Shown here: positions 19,522-31,500 of the stretch, one piece after another
Numbering within the stretch: the stretch's first letter is position 1
Layout of the letters: each line of letters opens with the position of its first letter
Assembly: GCF_000327385.1 (NCBI RefSeq)
Contig: NW_008708401.1
Coordinates: 501,969 to 538,892, forward strand
Direction: 5' to 3'
Source of the DNA: Lottia gigantea
Lineage: Eukaryota
DNA: 36,924 nt
Position numbers and translations under genes: made by a program
Notes under the pieces: generated by a model
Seen by the model: only the letters and a program-made list of their open reading frames with translations
Told to the model about the DNA's origin: nothing
Databases searched by the model: none

Positions 19522-22500
19522 GTACGTTTCGGGGTTGTTTTTGCACTCGGGCACATTATTACACCATGCATCACATTTTTTGCATCGCAGAAATTTGACA
19601 AATTGAAATATAAAATACGACTTCTTGGTTAGTAAACAAAGTGCGCGTGGGTAGACTTGAACTTCCAGTACTGTCTACAAGTATACCATACTATATAAAT
19701 GGGCTGGTTAATCGTAACACTGATTAATCAAAATATATTTAAGTAAACAAATGTAATTCATGAATATATGTTAATCTGTGTCGACTTACAACCATAATTT
19801 TGTGCATAACATAGTGTTTTCTAGTTGCATTTAATATATTGACATTTTAAACAACATAAAATAAATGTGTCAAAATCCACGAGCATTGAGTTCCCTTTTA
19901 TAGTGCATAAAGTTTGATCTTGTTAAGGCCTAGTATACCAAAATTTCCTGTCTTGATAAGGATGGTTTGCCGGACATTTTGACAGCATCAATTTATGAGC
20001 TATATCATTTTATTTATTATGTAGATGAGAGAAAAGTACGAAGAGAGAAATTGGTGACATCAAAGAGATTCCGTCACAGTGAATGTGAAGAGGACTCACT
20101 TGATGGAGAAACTGGAGAAGAACAGAGAGATGAGGTCACTGATGAACAGGTAATGTATGCTGAAAATCTAAATCTTGTATGATATCTATACTCTAACACT
20201 CCTTAATAAACAACTTTCCAACCAACTGTGTTAATGTCAATTCTCCTGGGTAACGCATGGTTGGAGCACTGTCGATTTGGCTAATCTGTTACCGTTTGAA
20301 GATATTTCACGGTTTTAACTGGACCCTTTGTTGTAGTGCAGCCAGTGCTTGTCAGAAGGCAACCCAGTGTCGACTTTTAACCTCTATCGAGCCCAAAAAG
20401 AAAATTTTTGGAAGCGTTAGTAACCTCATTCTATTTCTTTATATTCAGGTCTTGAATTCAACCAATGCTTTAATCAACAAGGAACCAGAAAAACTTGCAG
20501 CTCTTCAGAATTTACGCAGAGCATTTGTTCAAGGCTCATCTTTCATTGATATCTTCTTTGGGTAAGATTTGATATTTTTCAACTTGACTTATATTGAATG
20601 ATGTAGACATTTGAAATGAAAGGAATGAAAGAAAAAGTCAGGACAACTCAATTTCGATTTTCAACTATGAAGGGATCTCATTCTGTAATGTGTAGAGCCT
20701 GTAGAATGACTGGCTGCTTTTTCCTAGGACCATCAAAACTCCAAGTTTCATTTGAAAGAAAACTTAAACTTTTAAAATTTGTTTGTATTTCAGACAGGAA
20801 AATGCATTAACCAGTTTAGTTGGAGTATTAACTGGGAATGATACAGAATTACAGTTAGAAAGTGTCTGGTGTATAACCAATATCGCTGCTGGGGGGTCAA
20901 ATGAACAGGCTCTATCAGTAGTCAAATCAGCAGCACCATATCTTATAACTTATCTTAGTAGTAGCAGCACTGATCTTCAGGTAAGTACTGGTTAATGTTG
21001 TCTACTGTATTCTGGTAAGTCAGATTAACATGCTCTTTGTGTAGCCCAAACTCAGTTGTAACCCTGATGTACTCATAGGCAGAAGTGGTGCCTGCTTACT
21101 CTATACATCTGGTGGGTCTATATATAGTCGAACAATAATACCATAATTTATATCCTGTATATTATATCGAGTACTGGTTGTTCTTGTCTACTGCATTCTG
21201 TCCTGTTTGTTGGGTGTATATAAGCTCAGTTAAAGAGTTAATATTTGAGTTTATTTTATTTGTGTATTGAGATATGTTTTATGTTTAGGATCAATGTGCA
21301 TGGGCTATAGGTAATCTAGCAGGAGACAGTGCTGATTGTAGAAAATTGCTCAGTTCACAAGGCTGTGTTATTCCATTGGTCAAACTTCTAGAGGTCAGTA
21401 TTTCATGATCATCATTTTTAAGATGTTATCTCCTTTTGTCAATATTTACTTTTGATTGGTACAACTCGGACACCCAATGAAAATTGATCCATGTTTTGAT
21501 CACTCATGAACCTGTAAAATGTCAACTCCTTGATGCAATTGTATATTGCTAAATCATGCCTTTATGTATGGAGTAGAGAGAGCATAGATTAAGATATACA
21601 TAGATATAAGATAAGATGAATAGAACAATTATTATGGATAGATACCTCTAGAATATCTATAACTCAACATTTCAATATGGTTCTCAAATTTATCTATAAG
21701 GGATCTTGACTGAAAGATAGATGCTTAAACTAGAAATATGTCATTATTCAGATTAATAGATTTTTCAATTATATGTTTTTTTCAGACATCAGTACCTAAT
21801 GTAGTACAATCAGCATGTTTTGCTCTTTCTAACCTAGCCAGAGAATGTCCTGACATTACACAGTTAGTATGCTTTAATTATTTCTTTATTAATTCTTCAA
21901 TCACCTGTTCAATGAGCTCTCTGAGTTGAATATTACTTCTCAAGTCTAAATGAGAGTAGCGGTGAATTAGTAAGGTAGATCCTGAAGATTCAGTATTCAA
22001 CCTGGCTATGGTCAGTCAGTGATGCAGATTGAAGGGGGCCGTCATGGAATAAGCATTAGTTGTTTGAGATAAATTTCCTGAATTGCACACAGTATGGCAT
22101 TGTTTAGGTAAAATTTGAAAATGATATAATGCTGTTGAAAAAACATTTTGAAGTGCTACTAATTTAAGGGTCTGTCTTGCAACTATTAACACAGCTATGG
22201 GTTAAGAGTTTCTAATATTTATCTTCAGTGCTCATAGAGTTAATAATACCTTGATTTTATTTTAACAGGGAGATAGTAGATGCTGGAGTTATTCCCCATT
22301 TAGTATCTAGGACACAGGACACTGATGTTTCACCTAAATTAATCTCCGAGATAGCGTGGGTTTTCGTTTATCTTACATCTACCAGGTAAGATTCATTTAT
22401 GATACATTTATTCATGGTCATGGTGACTAAGTAACTCTATAATTCTAATAAGATGGTGAGTGCTCTTAAAGGTCATTAAGGTTACCCCTTCTCTTAACTA

Positions 22501-24584
22501 AACTGAGTCTTTGCTGAATCAAACTGCTGATATGATAATTATGTAACTGGTTATGTATTGTTTTCTTGTAGTGGTGAAAACACAAATCAGTTAGTATCTA
22601 ATGGAGTATTGAAGAATTTAGTCAGAGTTTTAACCGAACAGTATAAAAATCAAGATGTTACGGTAAGATAGAATTTATTGATAGTTTTAATCATGATATG
22701 ATAAAGAAGGTTCCCAGAAGTCCACATGAAGTTCAGCCCATCCCTAAATTGCCTGCATCAAATGGACCATTAATATGTTCTTTGTGTGACTCATTGGGAG
22801 TTATATATTCTAGATATTGACCTCTTGATAAAGTGTATAGGTAGTGTATTAGCCTTAAGTTTAAAATTTTACTGTTCTTGGTGTTAAGGTTTTTAAGGTG
22901 TCATTTTAAAGTTATTATTGGTTACTATTTCTAGGTATTAACCCCAGTGTTAAGATGTATAGGAAATATTTGTAGTGGACCTGATGAATTCAGTATCCAA
23001 GCATTTGAAAATCCTACTATCGTACCAGCTCTTGTTGAATGTTTAAATTCAGAACATCATCACATACCTAAAGAAACATTATGGGTTCTTTCTAATATGA
23101 CTGGTAAATATTTCTTTATAGTCTTGATTTACAAGGTGAATTGAAAATGATTTGAGAGTATGAATGGTGTATCATTTTGTTTTAGCATAGCAAAGAATGT
23201 AGCATTAAAAAATTTTGACATATTTTTTTATAATCAAATTGCAAATAATTATTTGGATTCTTGGGTTAAATATTGGGCCAAGAATGAGATGGGTATAAAT
23301 TTGACTGAAATGTAGTTAGCTAGGATGGCTTGGATAAGCACACTCACTGAAATTGTGGCCATTATCTTTATTCAGGCTCTCCAGCTATCTTTCAAGGGAG
23401 ATAACTCTTAATATAGAGTTCATATCTTAAGACCACAATATTACATAAGACAATTGTTTACTTATTCCATTCCAGGTGAAAATATAGTGTGTGATAAAGT
23501 TATCAATGGACCCCTTCTAGAATCTATCTTAAATAAACTCCATTCTGCTTACGACACTAAAATAGAGGTAAATATTTTCAGACAGATTACTGCTAAATCT
23601 TACAGATTCATGGTCAAAATTTTATCTCATTTGGCTAAATGATATTTTCATTTACTATTTTTGTGAAAACCGCAAAATAGACATAAAAAGATAAAAACTT
23701 TTAAATTTACTAGTGAATACCTGGTTCTTATTATCAATTTTGTCTTATATTAAATCTATATTTTATCTCATATAACATTGTTTTATTTTAGGCTCTATAT
23801 TTACTGTGTAATCTGGGTTGCCATGGTAAAAAGGAATGTGACCTATTATTAACTAAAGGTGTAATGGATACAATACCAGGCATGTTAAAGTCACATGATG
23901 TTGAATTACTCAATCTAGTTCTCAGTTTCTGTGAAATGATGCTCAGACTATCTGATGAGGTAATTGATTCATCATGTATATTATGATTTAGGATACTGGG
24001 TATTATTGCAATATTAATGATATTAAAGACTTGTTTAATGGTTATGATATTATGTCATTATGGTCTACATGCCTTTATTAATTCAATCTGATGCCAATTT
24101 CTTCTTTTTTATTATTTTTGTTTGTCTCCATTGTAATCTAACCATATTTTAACCAAATTCCTGTCCTAATGATTTTATTTTTAACCAATCAAACAGTCTA
24201 TGTAGGACCCGTTCCTTGGTATCAATGACATATTCTGGGAAAGCAAAACCCAAAGAGGCTGTCATATTGTTCCTCTCAGTCTGCTTTTAGGGCACTGCCT
24301 TTTAGCATAACTTTTGATATAATTAAACCTGACTGGATATTAAAGATATCAACAATCTAGAGCTCATTACATTTGTTATATTACCTGTTTTTATGATATT
24401 TCAGGCAAAAGAGAAGTTTGAAGCTAAAGAAGGTGTGGCTAGATTAGAGGGACTGGAATACCATGCTGATGAATTCACACGAAAACAAGCCAACAATTTA
24501 CTGGAGACCTATTTCTATCTAGATGAGGGTGAGGGAGAGGAAAAGGGAGATGGGGATACTACGGCTGCTGTTGTTATGGAATGA
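19443..24584 (+). CDS. Importin-alpha-like protein with an IBB-like N-terminus and armadillo repeats, 12 exons, 500 aa. It is divergent from canonical karyopherin-alpha and may be a TMCO6-like orthologue.
   Basis: The N-terminus MERKSLYKHKTDSIEEQRNKRRQETIGDERKVRREKLVTSKRFRH resembles an IBB domain. ARM-repeat signatures are QLESVWCITNIAAGGSNEQ, DQCAWAIGNLAGDSADCRKLLSSQGCVIPLVKLL, ACFALSNLAREC and LRCIGNICSG...TLWVLSNMTG. The acidic C-terminus EGLEYHADEFTRKQANNLLETYFYLDEGEGEE resembles the importin-alpha C-terminus. All junctions are GT-AG with consistent phases, and the total is 1503 nt. The 500-aa length is close to human TMCO6 (about 493 aa). Confidence 0.8.
20025..20149 (+). CDS. Importin-alpha-like gene, exon 2.
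   Basis: The acceptor is ttatttattatgtag|ATGAGAG. The peptide is DERKVRREKLVTSKRFRHSECEEDSLDGETGEEQRDEVTDEQ. The donor is CAG|GTAATG. Confidence 0.75.
20449..20561 (+). CDS. Importin-alpha-like gene, exon 3.
   Basis: The acceptor is tttatattcag|GTCTTG. The peptide is VLNSTNALINKEPEKLAALQNLRRAFVQGSSFIDIFF. The donor is GG|GTAAGA. Confidence 0.75.
20794..20980 (+). CDS. Importin-alpha-like gene, exon 4.
   Basis: The acceptor is ttgtatttcag|ACAGGAA. The peptide is GQENALTSLVGVLTGNDTELQLESVWCITNIAAGGSNEQALSVVKSAAPYLITYLSSSSTDLQ. The donor is CAG|GTAAGT. Confidence 0.8.
21289..21393 (+). CDS. Importin-alpha-like gene, exon 5.
   Basis: The acceptor is ttttatgtttag|GATCAA. The peptide is DQCAWAIGNLAGDSADCRKLLSSQGCVIPLVKLLE. 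The donor is GAG|GTCAGT. Confidence 0.8.
21786..21862 (+). CDS. Importin-alpha-like gene, exon 6.
   Basis: The acceptor is atatgtttttttcag|ACATCA. The peptide is TSVPNVVQSACFALSNLARECPDIT. The donor is CA|GTTAGT. Confidence 0.7.
22269..22385 (+). CDS. Importin-alpha-like gene, exon 7.
   Basis: The acceptor is ttttattttaacag|GGAGAT. The peptide is QEIVDAGVIPHLVSRTQDTDVSPKLISEIAWVFVYLTST. The donor is AG|GTAAGA. Confidence 0.75.
22572..22662 (+). CDS. Importin-alpha-like gene, exon 8.
   Basis: The acceptor is ttgttttcttgtag|TGGTGAA. The peptide is SGENTNQLVSNGVLKNLVRVLTEQYKNQDVT. The donor is ACG|GTAAGA. Confidence 0.75.
22935..23103 (+). CDS. Importin-alpha-like gene, exon 9.
   Basis: The acceptor is ttactatttctag|GTATTA. 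The peptide is VLTPVLRCIGNICSGPDEFSIQAFENPTIVPALVECLNSEHHHIPKETLWVLSNMT. The donor is G|GTAAAT. Confidence 0.8.
23476..23567 (+). CDS. Importin-alpha-like gene, exon 10.
   Basis: The acceptor is ttattccattccag|GTGAAA. The peptide is GENIVCDKVINGPLLESILNKLHSAYDTKIE. The donor is GAG|GTAAAT. Confidence 0.75.
23792..23959 (+). CDS. Importin-alpha-like gene, exon 11.
   Basis: The acceptor is ttgttttattttag|GCTCTA. The peptide is ALYLLCNLGCHGKKECDLLLTKGVMDTIPGMLKSHDVELLNLVLSFCEMMLRLSDE. The donor is GAG|GTAATT. Confidence 0.8.
24405..24584 (+). CDS. Importin-alpha-like gene, exon 12, terminal.
   Basis: The acceptor is tttttatgatatttcag|GCAAAAG. The peptide is AKEKFEAKEGVARLEGLEYHADEFTRKQANNLLETYFYLDEGEGEEKGDGDTTAAVVME, followed by a TGA stop at 24582..24584. 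Confidence 0.8.
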   Translation, partial: AKEKFEAKEGVARLEGLEYHADEFTRKQANNLLETYFYLDEGEGEEKGDGDTTAAVVME

Positions 24585-27500
24585 CCTGATGACACTGTCT
24601 ATGACTAGGGTTGGGTGATATTATATTGAAATCAGTTTGTGTGCTATTTTAACAGTTTTCAGTAAAACATCAGCATTTTGCAAGTTGGTGTGTATGTTTT
24701 GAATCAGTCTGGATGTATTAAGTAACAGAAAGTTTGTTAAATTAACTATTGCCCAAACTTAGTGCAGCATTTGTCATTTTAGATGAAATTTTACAATTAC
24801 ATGTTTCTTAACCATGAAATGGTGTGTTTTCAAGCCAGTTGAATTTTAACGGTACAATGTACATATTTATTATTATTCATTTTTCAATCTTATGGAGTTA
24901 ATTATCAAATTAAAAATTGTATTATCATTTAGATTAGCAGTCAATGTGTATAGGCAAGCAAGTATATATTTGCACATTGGGTATGAATCATGATTGAAAA
25001 CATCAACACAAGTAGACTGACTACTTTGTTTTCAGGTAGTTCAAGTAGCAATTAATACTTTAAAAGACTGGCTTGTATAGATGTGATTATTGTGTATTCT
25101 ACCTGAATACAAAATGGACTGCTCTTGTTTTTGATTTGATTCAGAAATATCTTGCCTGACTATACTACTCATATTTTTGCAGCAAATCATTTTACATTCA
25201 AATTCATTATCATAGATAATACAATTTTTATGATATACAATTACTGATTTTATTAAAGCGGCATTTCAGCTCAAATTCACCATAATTGATGGATAAAGAC
25301 AAAAAAATCTTAGTTGAAAAGTTGCTTAAATAATATCTGTAATTGTGTTATCTAATGAAACCACCATTATTTAATGCCATTCAAGAAATACATATATTAA
25401 TGTATAGAAATGAATTTGTTAACATTACATTTAGAGAGAATCTACTTGTTTTGTATTACCACATTTTGAATGACAACACCCTGGTTTGCAATTGTTAAAA
25501 AGGTGGTACACTGTTATAAATACTTCACAATATTATTTGTCATTATATAGAATTGTTTTTGATATGTTTATGTTTTCTATTACTATGCATATAATGTTCA
25601 CTCTAGAATAGACCAGTATTTTTTGTATCAGTCATTTTTGTTCATACCACTATTAATATTGTCTTATTCACCTCTAGTAACGTCATCCTATTGACATGTC
25701 AGTTCCTGGGAACATATAAATAAAAACCTGATGCAAGTTTTGTTTGCATGAGGCATTTTGCTACATAACTTACCTTTGTGTATTGAAATTTAGTTCGCAA
25801 ATATCCCTTAGGATGTTGGTTCTAACAACCCTCCATTGTGTTTTAGACTTAATCAATTTTTGTACATCTTTTTTGATTTTATTCAATTTTAGAGAAGCAA
25901 TTTGTTTTTATTGTTACAAATCAAGCCTCATATTACTGCACTAAATAGAAATATACTGGCTTGTTAAACTTGCTGTATAAGAATTAATGTATATAGATTT
26001 TGTAGTAGTTCAAATATTGGACCTAAGTAAGGTTCCAGTTAGAACCTAATTTAAGATGTTATGTGGCAATTTAGTTTTTTTCATTTGTTTACCTGTTTTC
26101 TGTACATTACATTAGGCCAGTGCTTCTCAACCTCAGTGAGATCATTTCTCCCTGAAAGTTTTTTTTTTATTCTTCTCCAACATAAATCAGTCATTTTTAA
26201 ATGTAATTCACTCGAAATGTTTTCCAAAGATTAATCATGAATGAATATACTACTCATACTCCTCATATTGAGATAGTTCGAACTTTGACCCGAATGTTCA
26301 TTATTGATTTTCTGTATGTCCGGGGTGAATAATTTCTATTGCAGTCTTAGATCACATTGCCTCTGATTTCCTCCCCACCCCCAGTCCAACGATTCTTTCC
26401 CAATTCCACCCTTGACAATAATTCCTCCCCATGATCTTTCTATTACTAACATAGGGAGGAATTCCTTCCCTGTTGAGAATCACTGCATCAGACAATGTAT
26501 GTATAAGACAGTATGACCACTTCAAATTCAAGATTGAATTATATTTCTTAGTCAACAATTAAACAATACTATTTTGTACGGTTCTGTTGTTTGTCACTAA
26601 AGCTTTTGGTGTAAATTTTGGACCATGTGTAACTCAAATTGTCATTGCATTTTAATGATCCATTTTTATGTATTCATTATCAATTGTAATAGTTTTTTCA
26701 TAAAAACAAGATTAATTTCAAAGTCTCATTGTTTTACCTGAAGCCTCAATTGGTGAGAAAGCTTAAGACAACACATATAAAGAGAGATGATGAAATGTCA
26801 AAACCAGTCCGAGTGCCTTTTGGGAAGCCTATTCCGAGTTAGTATGCCTTCCAAAGTAATAGTAGTTATTGTAGAAAAACTTTAAATAAGCACACTATAG
26901 TTATCAAGCTTGTCCAGACCAGACAACACTTACTGCATACAGCTCAACCTTTCCCAATATCTGTAGATTATAGTTGATACAAATACACTTACTGTTGCTC
27001 TGATCATGGAGCAATTGTTATCCTGAGAATCGTACAAGTTGTCCATGATCTATCAATTGTAACTGAACACATTTATAAGTAATTGGCCCAAGGCCTGATG
27101 CAGGTCATGTTAATTGTCTGTTAACATATTAAGTCAAATAGATTTGGGATGGGCCACTAATCCAAGACTTTTGCTACAGTGTGTGCACATAGATTGATAA
27201 AAAGGCTAATTCCCCTGTCCATGCAAAATATCCTCATTGCATACTGCATGGTGTTAATATCATTCACCCAATATGGAGCAAATTTGGACTTTCATTTCGA
27301 CTTTGAACACTCCTACAAAATTATTTGCTGAGCAGAAGGTGAAATGGATAAGGGGTGAAAAGGGTGTTATCTGGGGACACCTGTGATAAGGTATAAAAAT
27401 ACAATTTATGTTTCAAAAATGTTTAGTTCATAAACAAGTAAAATAATAACAAATAGTGGTCCATTCTTCGGACTTTAAATATACCAAAAACAATTAGTCT

Positions 27501-27705
27501 AATGATCACAGGGTCTGCTGATATATAAATCTTGGGTGCAAAATATACTAATATCTTCTTTAAATAACCACAACAGTAAACAATGTCATATAACATAAAC
27601 TATACCATTGCATGCTTATATCATTATAGAATTAGCTCACAATATAGAATCACACAATTCAAGCATATTGAGCATAAACATAAAGCAATTCCTTGAACAT
27701 AGGCT

Positions 27706-27768
27706 CCAATATTAAATGATATGGATCCAATATTAAATGATATAGATCCAATATTAAATGATAGACAT
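27706..27768. repeat. Minisatellite: three tandem copies of a 21-bp unit, ccaatattaaatgatatggat.
   Basis: A direct read shows ccaatattaaatgatatggat, then ccaatattaaatgatatagat, then ccaatattaaatgatagacat. It lies in the convergent intergenic region between the importin-alpha-like and MVP 3' ends. Confidence 0.8.
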
Positions 27769-28094
27769 TTCATCAAAAGCGATGGTATACACTCTGTCAG
27801 TCTTGCCTAAAAGACAGGCTATCTTCACACTATAACTTAAAGTATAATGAACAAATGAACAAAATATTTCTAAAAAATATCATAAATCTTGGAACGATTT
27901 TTTGTTGAAATGAAAAAGAAAGATGGTGTGAAAATTAGAAAACTATACAACAGTTATCACTATAAAAATCTATACAAAAATGTTCGAACTTAATATGCTT
28001 AAGAAAGTCAATGTACAAAAAATAATTGAACAAGGACAATAGGCCTACAGTAAACACAGAATAAAAATATTTGTATCATAATGCCAAATCAACT

Positions 28095-28100
28095 TTATTC
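28095..28100 (-). terminator. MVP: Candidate polyadenylation signal for MVP (AATAAA on the minus strand).
   Basis: Plus-strand tttatt at 28095..28100 lies about 60 nt downstream of the MVP stop codon. It is the first canonical hexamer after the stop. Confidence 0.35.
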
Positions 28101-28159
28101 AAACAAAAAATGATCATTATTATTATCACTTGCTCATATTCATCAGTTTATGACATCAT

Positions 28160-28501
28160 TTAAATACTATCTGCATCATCATCATCAGTGGGTTTACGTC
28201 GAGCAGGTACCAGACCTCCGATTAAGCCCTGGGCAGTGTTAAATAAATTGACGGGAGAACTTCCGTCTGTGATCAATGTTGTCTTCAAACCAAGAGAAGA
28301 TAACAATTTGACCTGCATTTCAGGTCCAGCATTAGCCATAGCCTGTAAAGTTCCAGCTCCAATGGCATCCACCATATCTTTAAATTTACGTGTTTCAATG
28401 GTGGAGGACTCGCTAGCTTTACTGATCTCCAATTCATTCTGTTCTTTGATATATTTCAGCTCTGCTTCACGAGCCTGTGTCAGTCTTTCTAATTCAGATT
28501 C
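28160..28501 (-). CDS. MVP: MVP exon 13, terminal.
   Basis: The acceptor is tttaatttttcag|GAATCTG. The peptide is [113 protein letters not shown]. The TAA stop is the reverse complement of 28160..28162. Confidence 0.9.
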   Translation of the reverse strand, partial: ESELERLTQAREAELKYIKEQNELEISKASESSTIETRKFKDMVDAIGAGTLQAMANAGPEMQVKLLSSLGLKTTLITDGSSPVNLFNTAQGLIGGLVPARRKPTDDDDADSI

Positions 28502-31500
28502 CTGAAAAATTAAAATAAAGAACATGTACTAAGGCACATCTTGGATACACAGAATATTGTCCCTGTCAGATTCAAAACATGAATAAGACCAGTGCAGTTA
28601 ATTTTGGGGGCAAATAAATAGTAATAGTAACATAAAATAATCAAATAAAATCCAAGTGAAACAGCAATCAAAAGTTGAGAATTTGATATCAGTTAGCCAT
28701 TCGTTCTTTAAAGACTTAAGATACTCAAAGATTGAATAATATGGGTTCATATCTAACACAAAAAAATGTTACAAAACACGACTTACAGCTTCAATCTTCA
28801 TAGCCTGAGCCTTAAGTTTAGCTTGTTCTACAGCAGCTTCACCTTCAATACGGTTAGCCTCGGCACGGGACTGAGCTTCAGCCTTGGCTTGACCAGTGCT
28901 TTCTACAGCAGCACTGTGAGCCTGTAACTCCAAGAGTTCTTTACGAGACTTCTCAGCTTCTGCTTCATCCATAATCTTTTGACGTTCAAGTCTACCTTTA
29001 GCCTCCTGTTCTAGTCTTTCTGCTTCATGTCTGTTAATCACAAAAAGGGATTTCAAATATTATCAAATTGCTTTCATTTTGTCCTTCTTAATGTACAATA
29101 TAAACACTACCAGATATGTAAACATTTTGGAAAATAACACACAATGTAGATGGGAACTAAATTTAATTATTTAAGCTCACAAATATATTGCAGAAAATTT
29201 GTATCAAATCCTTGAATATCATATTCACCATAGAATAATTTAATTGCTTTAAACTAACCTGGCAGCAGCCTCTTGTGAGTTAGTTGTAATTTCAATAGCA
29301 AGTTGAACAGATTTCATTAATGAATCTCGTGTTCGTTGGTCAACTGGTTCTACAGACTGGATATCAATACTGGTAATAGCTAGGCTATTCTGAGGGAAGG
29401 TGAACTTATCTCGAACTTTATTTTTTTCATCAAAACCAAACAAAGCTGATCGAATAATCTTTGCTGAATTCTGAAATTGAAGAAAAAGTTGTGTTTACAT
29501 AAATCATTGAAATACTCAATTTCTTTCACTTCCTTATGGCAGACCACACAATTTGGCACAGTTAGATGGAGCGTGAGTTCACGATGTCATTTGCATGGTT
29601 ACGAGCAAACGGTGGCTGTGGGTTCCCATCTCGATTGGCGTGTGTAAATCGGGTGACCTTGAATAAGTCATCTTCACACATAATTCCAGTCAACCCAGCT
29701 GTAAATGGGTACGGATAATCTGGGAAAGATCAATGCCAAGAGGTTTGGCCAAGGACCAACGGGTATAAAGGATCCTTAACTGTGAACTTAAGTTGTTATC
29801 CTTGTAAAATATAGTTGCTTCTTTCTCTCTTTCAAGTAATGTCTATAACGCAGTTCTCACTGATTTGAGCCGTTTTGAGGCTAAAAAACTGTGTTCTATA
29901 CACACAAATATATGTAAACCTACCTTATGAAAATCATCAAATTGAACTTGAGCAACAGCACCTCGAACTCTAGAAGCAATAGCTTTACAAGCATCACCAG
30001 TAAAATCAGGTACACTGAATAATTTAGCAGCTTCATCACTGCTGGTTTTATCTGACACTTCAAAATGCCTGGAAACAAAGATAAATAGAATAAGACAGGG
30101 ACAATATAATCACCAAGCATATAACATGGAGTTTTAAATTCCACTTTTCTCTTCTTTTTCGGTCAATGCAACTTAATACAGTGTGCTATCAGAAAAAAAT
30201 CAATTGAAGTTCTACACACTTTTCTTCATTTTAGTGGGTCTATGAAAAGGTGCAACCTTATTTCTTTTACCTATTTACATTTGTAAAGAAATAGTTTGCA
30301 CAGACTGTAGTACATACGAATAGGACCCTTCATCCTTTATACAGTAGTTTACATGCAGTCAACTCTAATTTTTTTGTAAGAAAGATTATGAAATACATAC
30401 CAGTTGTATGAAAGTTGTAGTTGAAGCCTGGCATGATCAGCTGTTTCAACGGTGATAATATCTGTACAGAAGTCAGGTCCAAGTAATAAACATAATGATT
30501 TGATGACGTTGGGTTTTTTAGGTTTTCCTCCAGACAGACTGAGTTGAGTGAATTGTTCGTCTGGTCCCAACATTACTAATTCTGGTCCAAATATAACTCT
30601 GAAATTTTATAAAAAAAAATCTTTTATATATCTTTAAATACAGAATACCAGTCAGCAAGGTCTCATACTGTGTCCTGGTCTTAAACATGTTTTGAGCAAG
30701 TAGAAGAGCTCTTGTTAAATTGCGTTAAATTGCAAAATTGAGTATCAGTTTTTCAATTGCCTGAAGAAATAAATTTTGAGTGAACTCTTGATGACAATAA
30801 TAGTATATTATTTCTTCCAGCTAAGATATCATTTGCTCTTCCTTTATGCCCCCTTTTGTCAGCTGAACTCTGCGAAAGTGACGGCAAGCAGATCAACCCA
30901 GTTATAATTAATAAAAAATTTATATTCACCTTGCTTTTTTATCTTTATAATCGTAGATTTGTACACAGGCATTATGTGGTACACGGAACGTGATAACTCG
31001 TGTCTTGTCTCTGGCTTTTTGATTTGTACCAACACTACCACGTGTTCCACGATCAGCTAATGGGTCTTTTCCCTGGGATAAGAGCTCTTCAACCACAGGA
31101 GGAAGGTCTTTCTCCCATAATTCTTCATCTTGGTTCAACATGTAGGTCACTCCAGTTATAGATCGAACCTAAATAAAACAGAATAGATTCTGACATCCTT
31201 TACATCCTATTATTCTGCTCTAGATTGACTAATGAAGACAGAGGAAATCTCCTAAGAAACAAACTGGAAATTAAGAGAGAGAAGGAAAGAATCATATTTT
31301 AAAAGATTTCAGCTTTGGCAACTATAATGTTATTCATTCTTTCCTTCATGATCTGTACCCATTTGCAGCTGAGTTGCGGGAATCATGAGGAAACCAACAT
31401 GGATACACCTCATATCCATCTCAGCCAAGTTAGGCTACAGTCCATCTATACCAACTGTAAGTTTTCCACTCACCTTTCCAGACTTGATATCTCGAACATA

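Noticed and set aside
26420-26463. A 10-bp inverted repeat, aattcctccc / gggaggaatt, that could form a hairpin.
   Set aside because: A single 10-bp inverted repeat with a 24-nt loop is expected by chance about once in 37 kb. It has no flanking target-site duplication or second copy to suggest a MITE.
28188-28505. Plus-strand ORF (105 aa) overlapping the MVP terminal exon, along with other antisense ORFs: 581..784, 1584..1823, 2562..2834, 17008..17253, 31315..31629 and 29920..30144.
   Set aside because: These are shadows of genuine coding exons on the other strand. They have no homology and no splice context.
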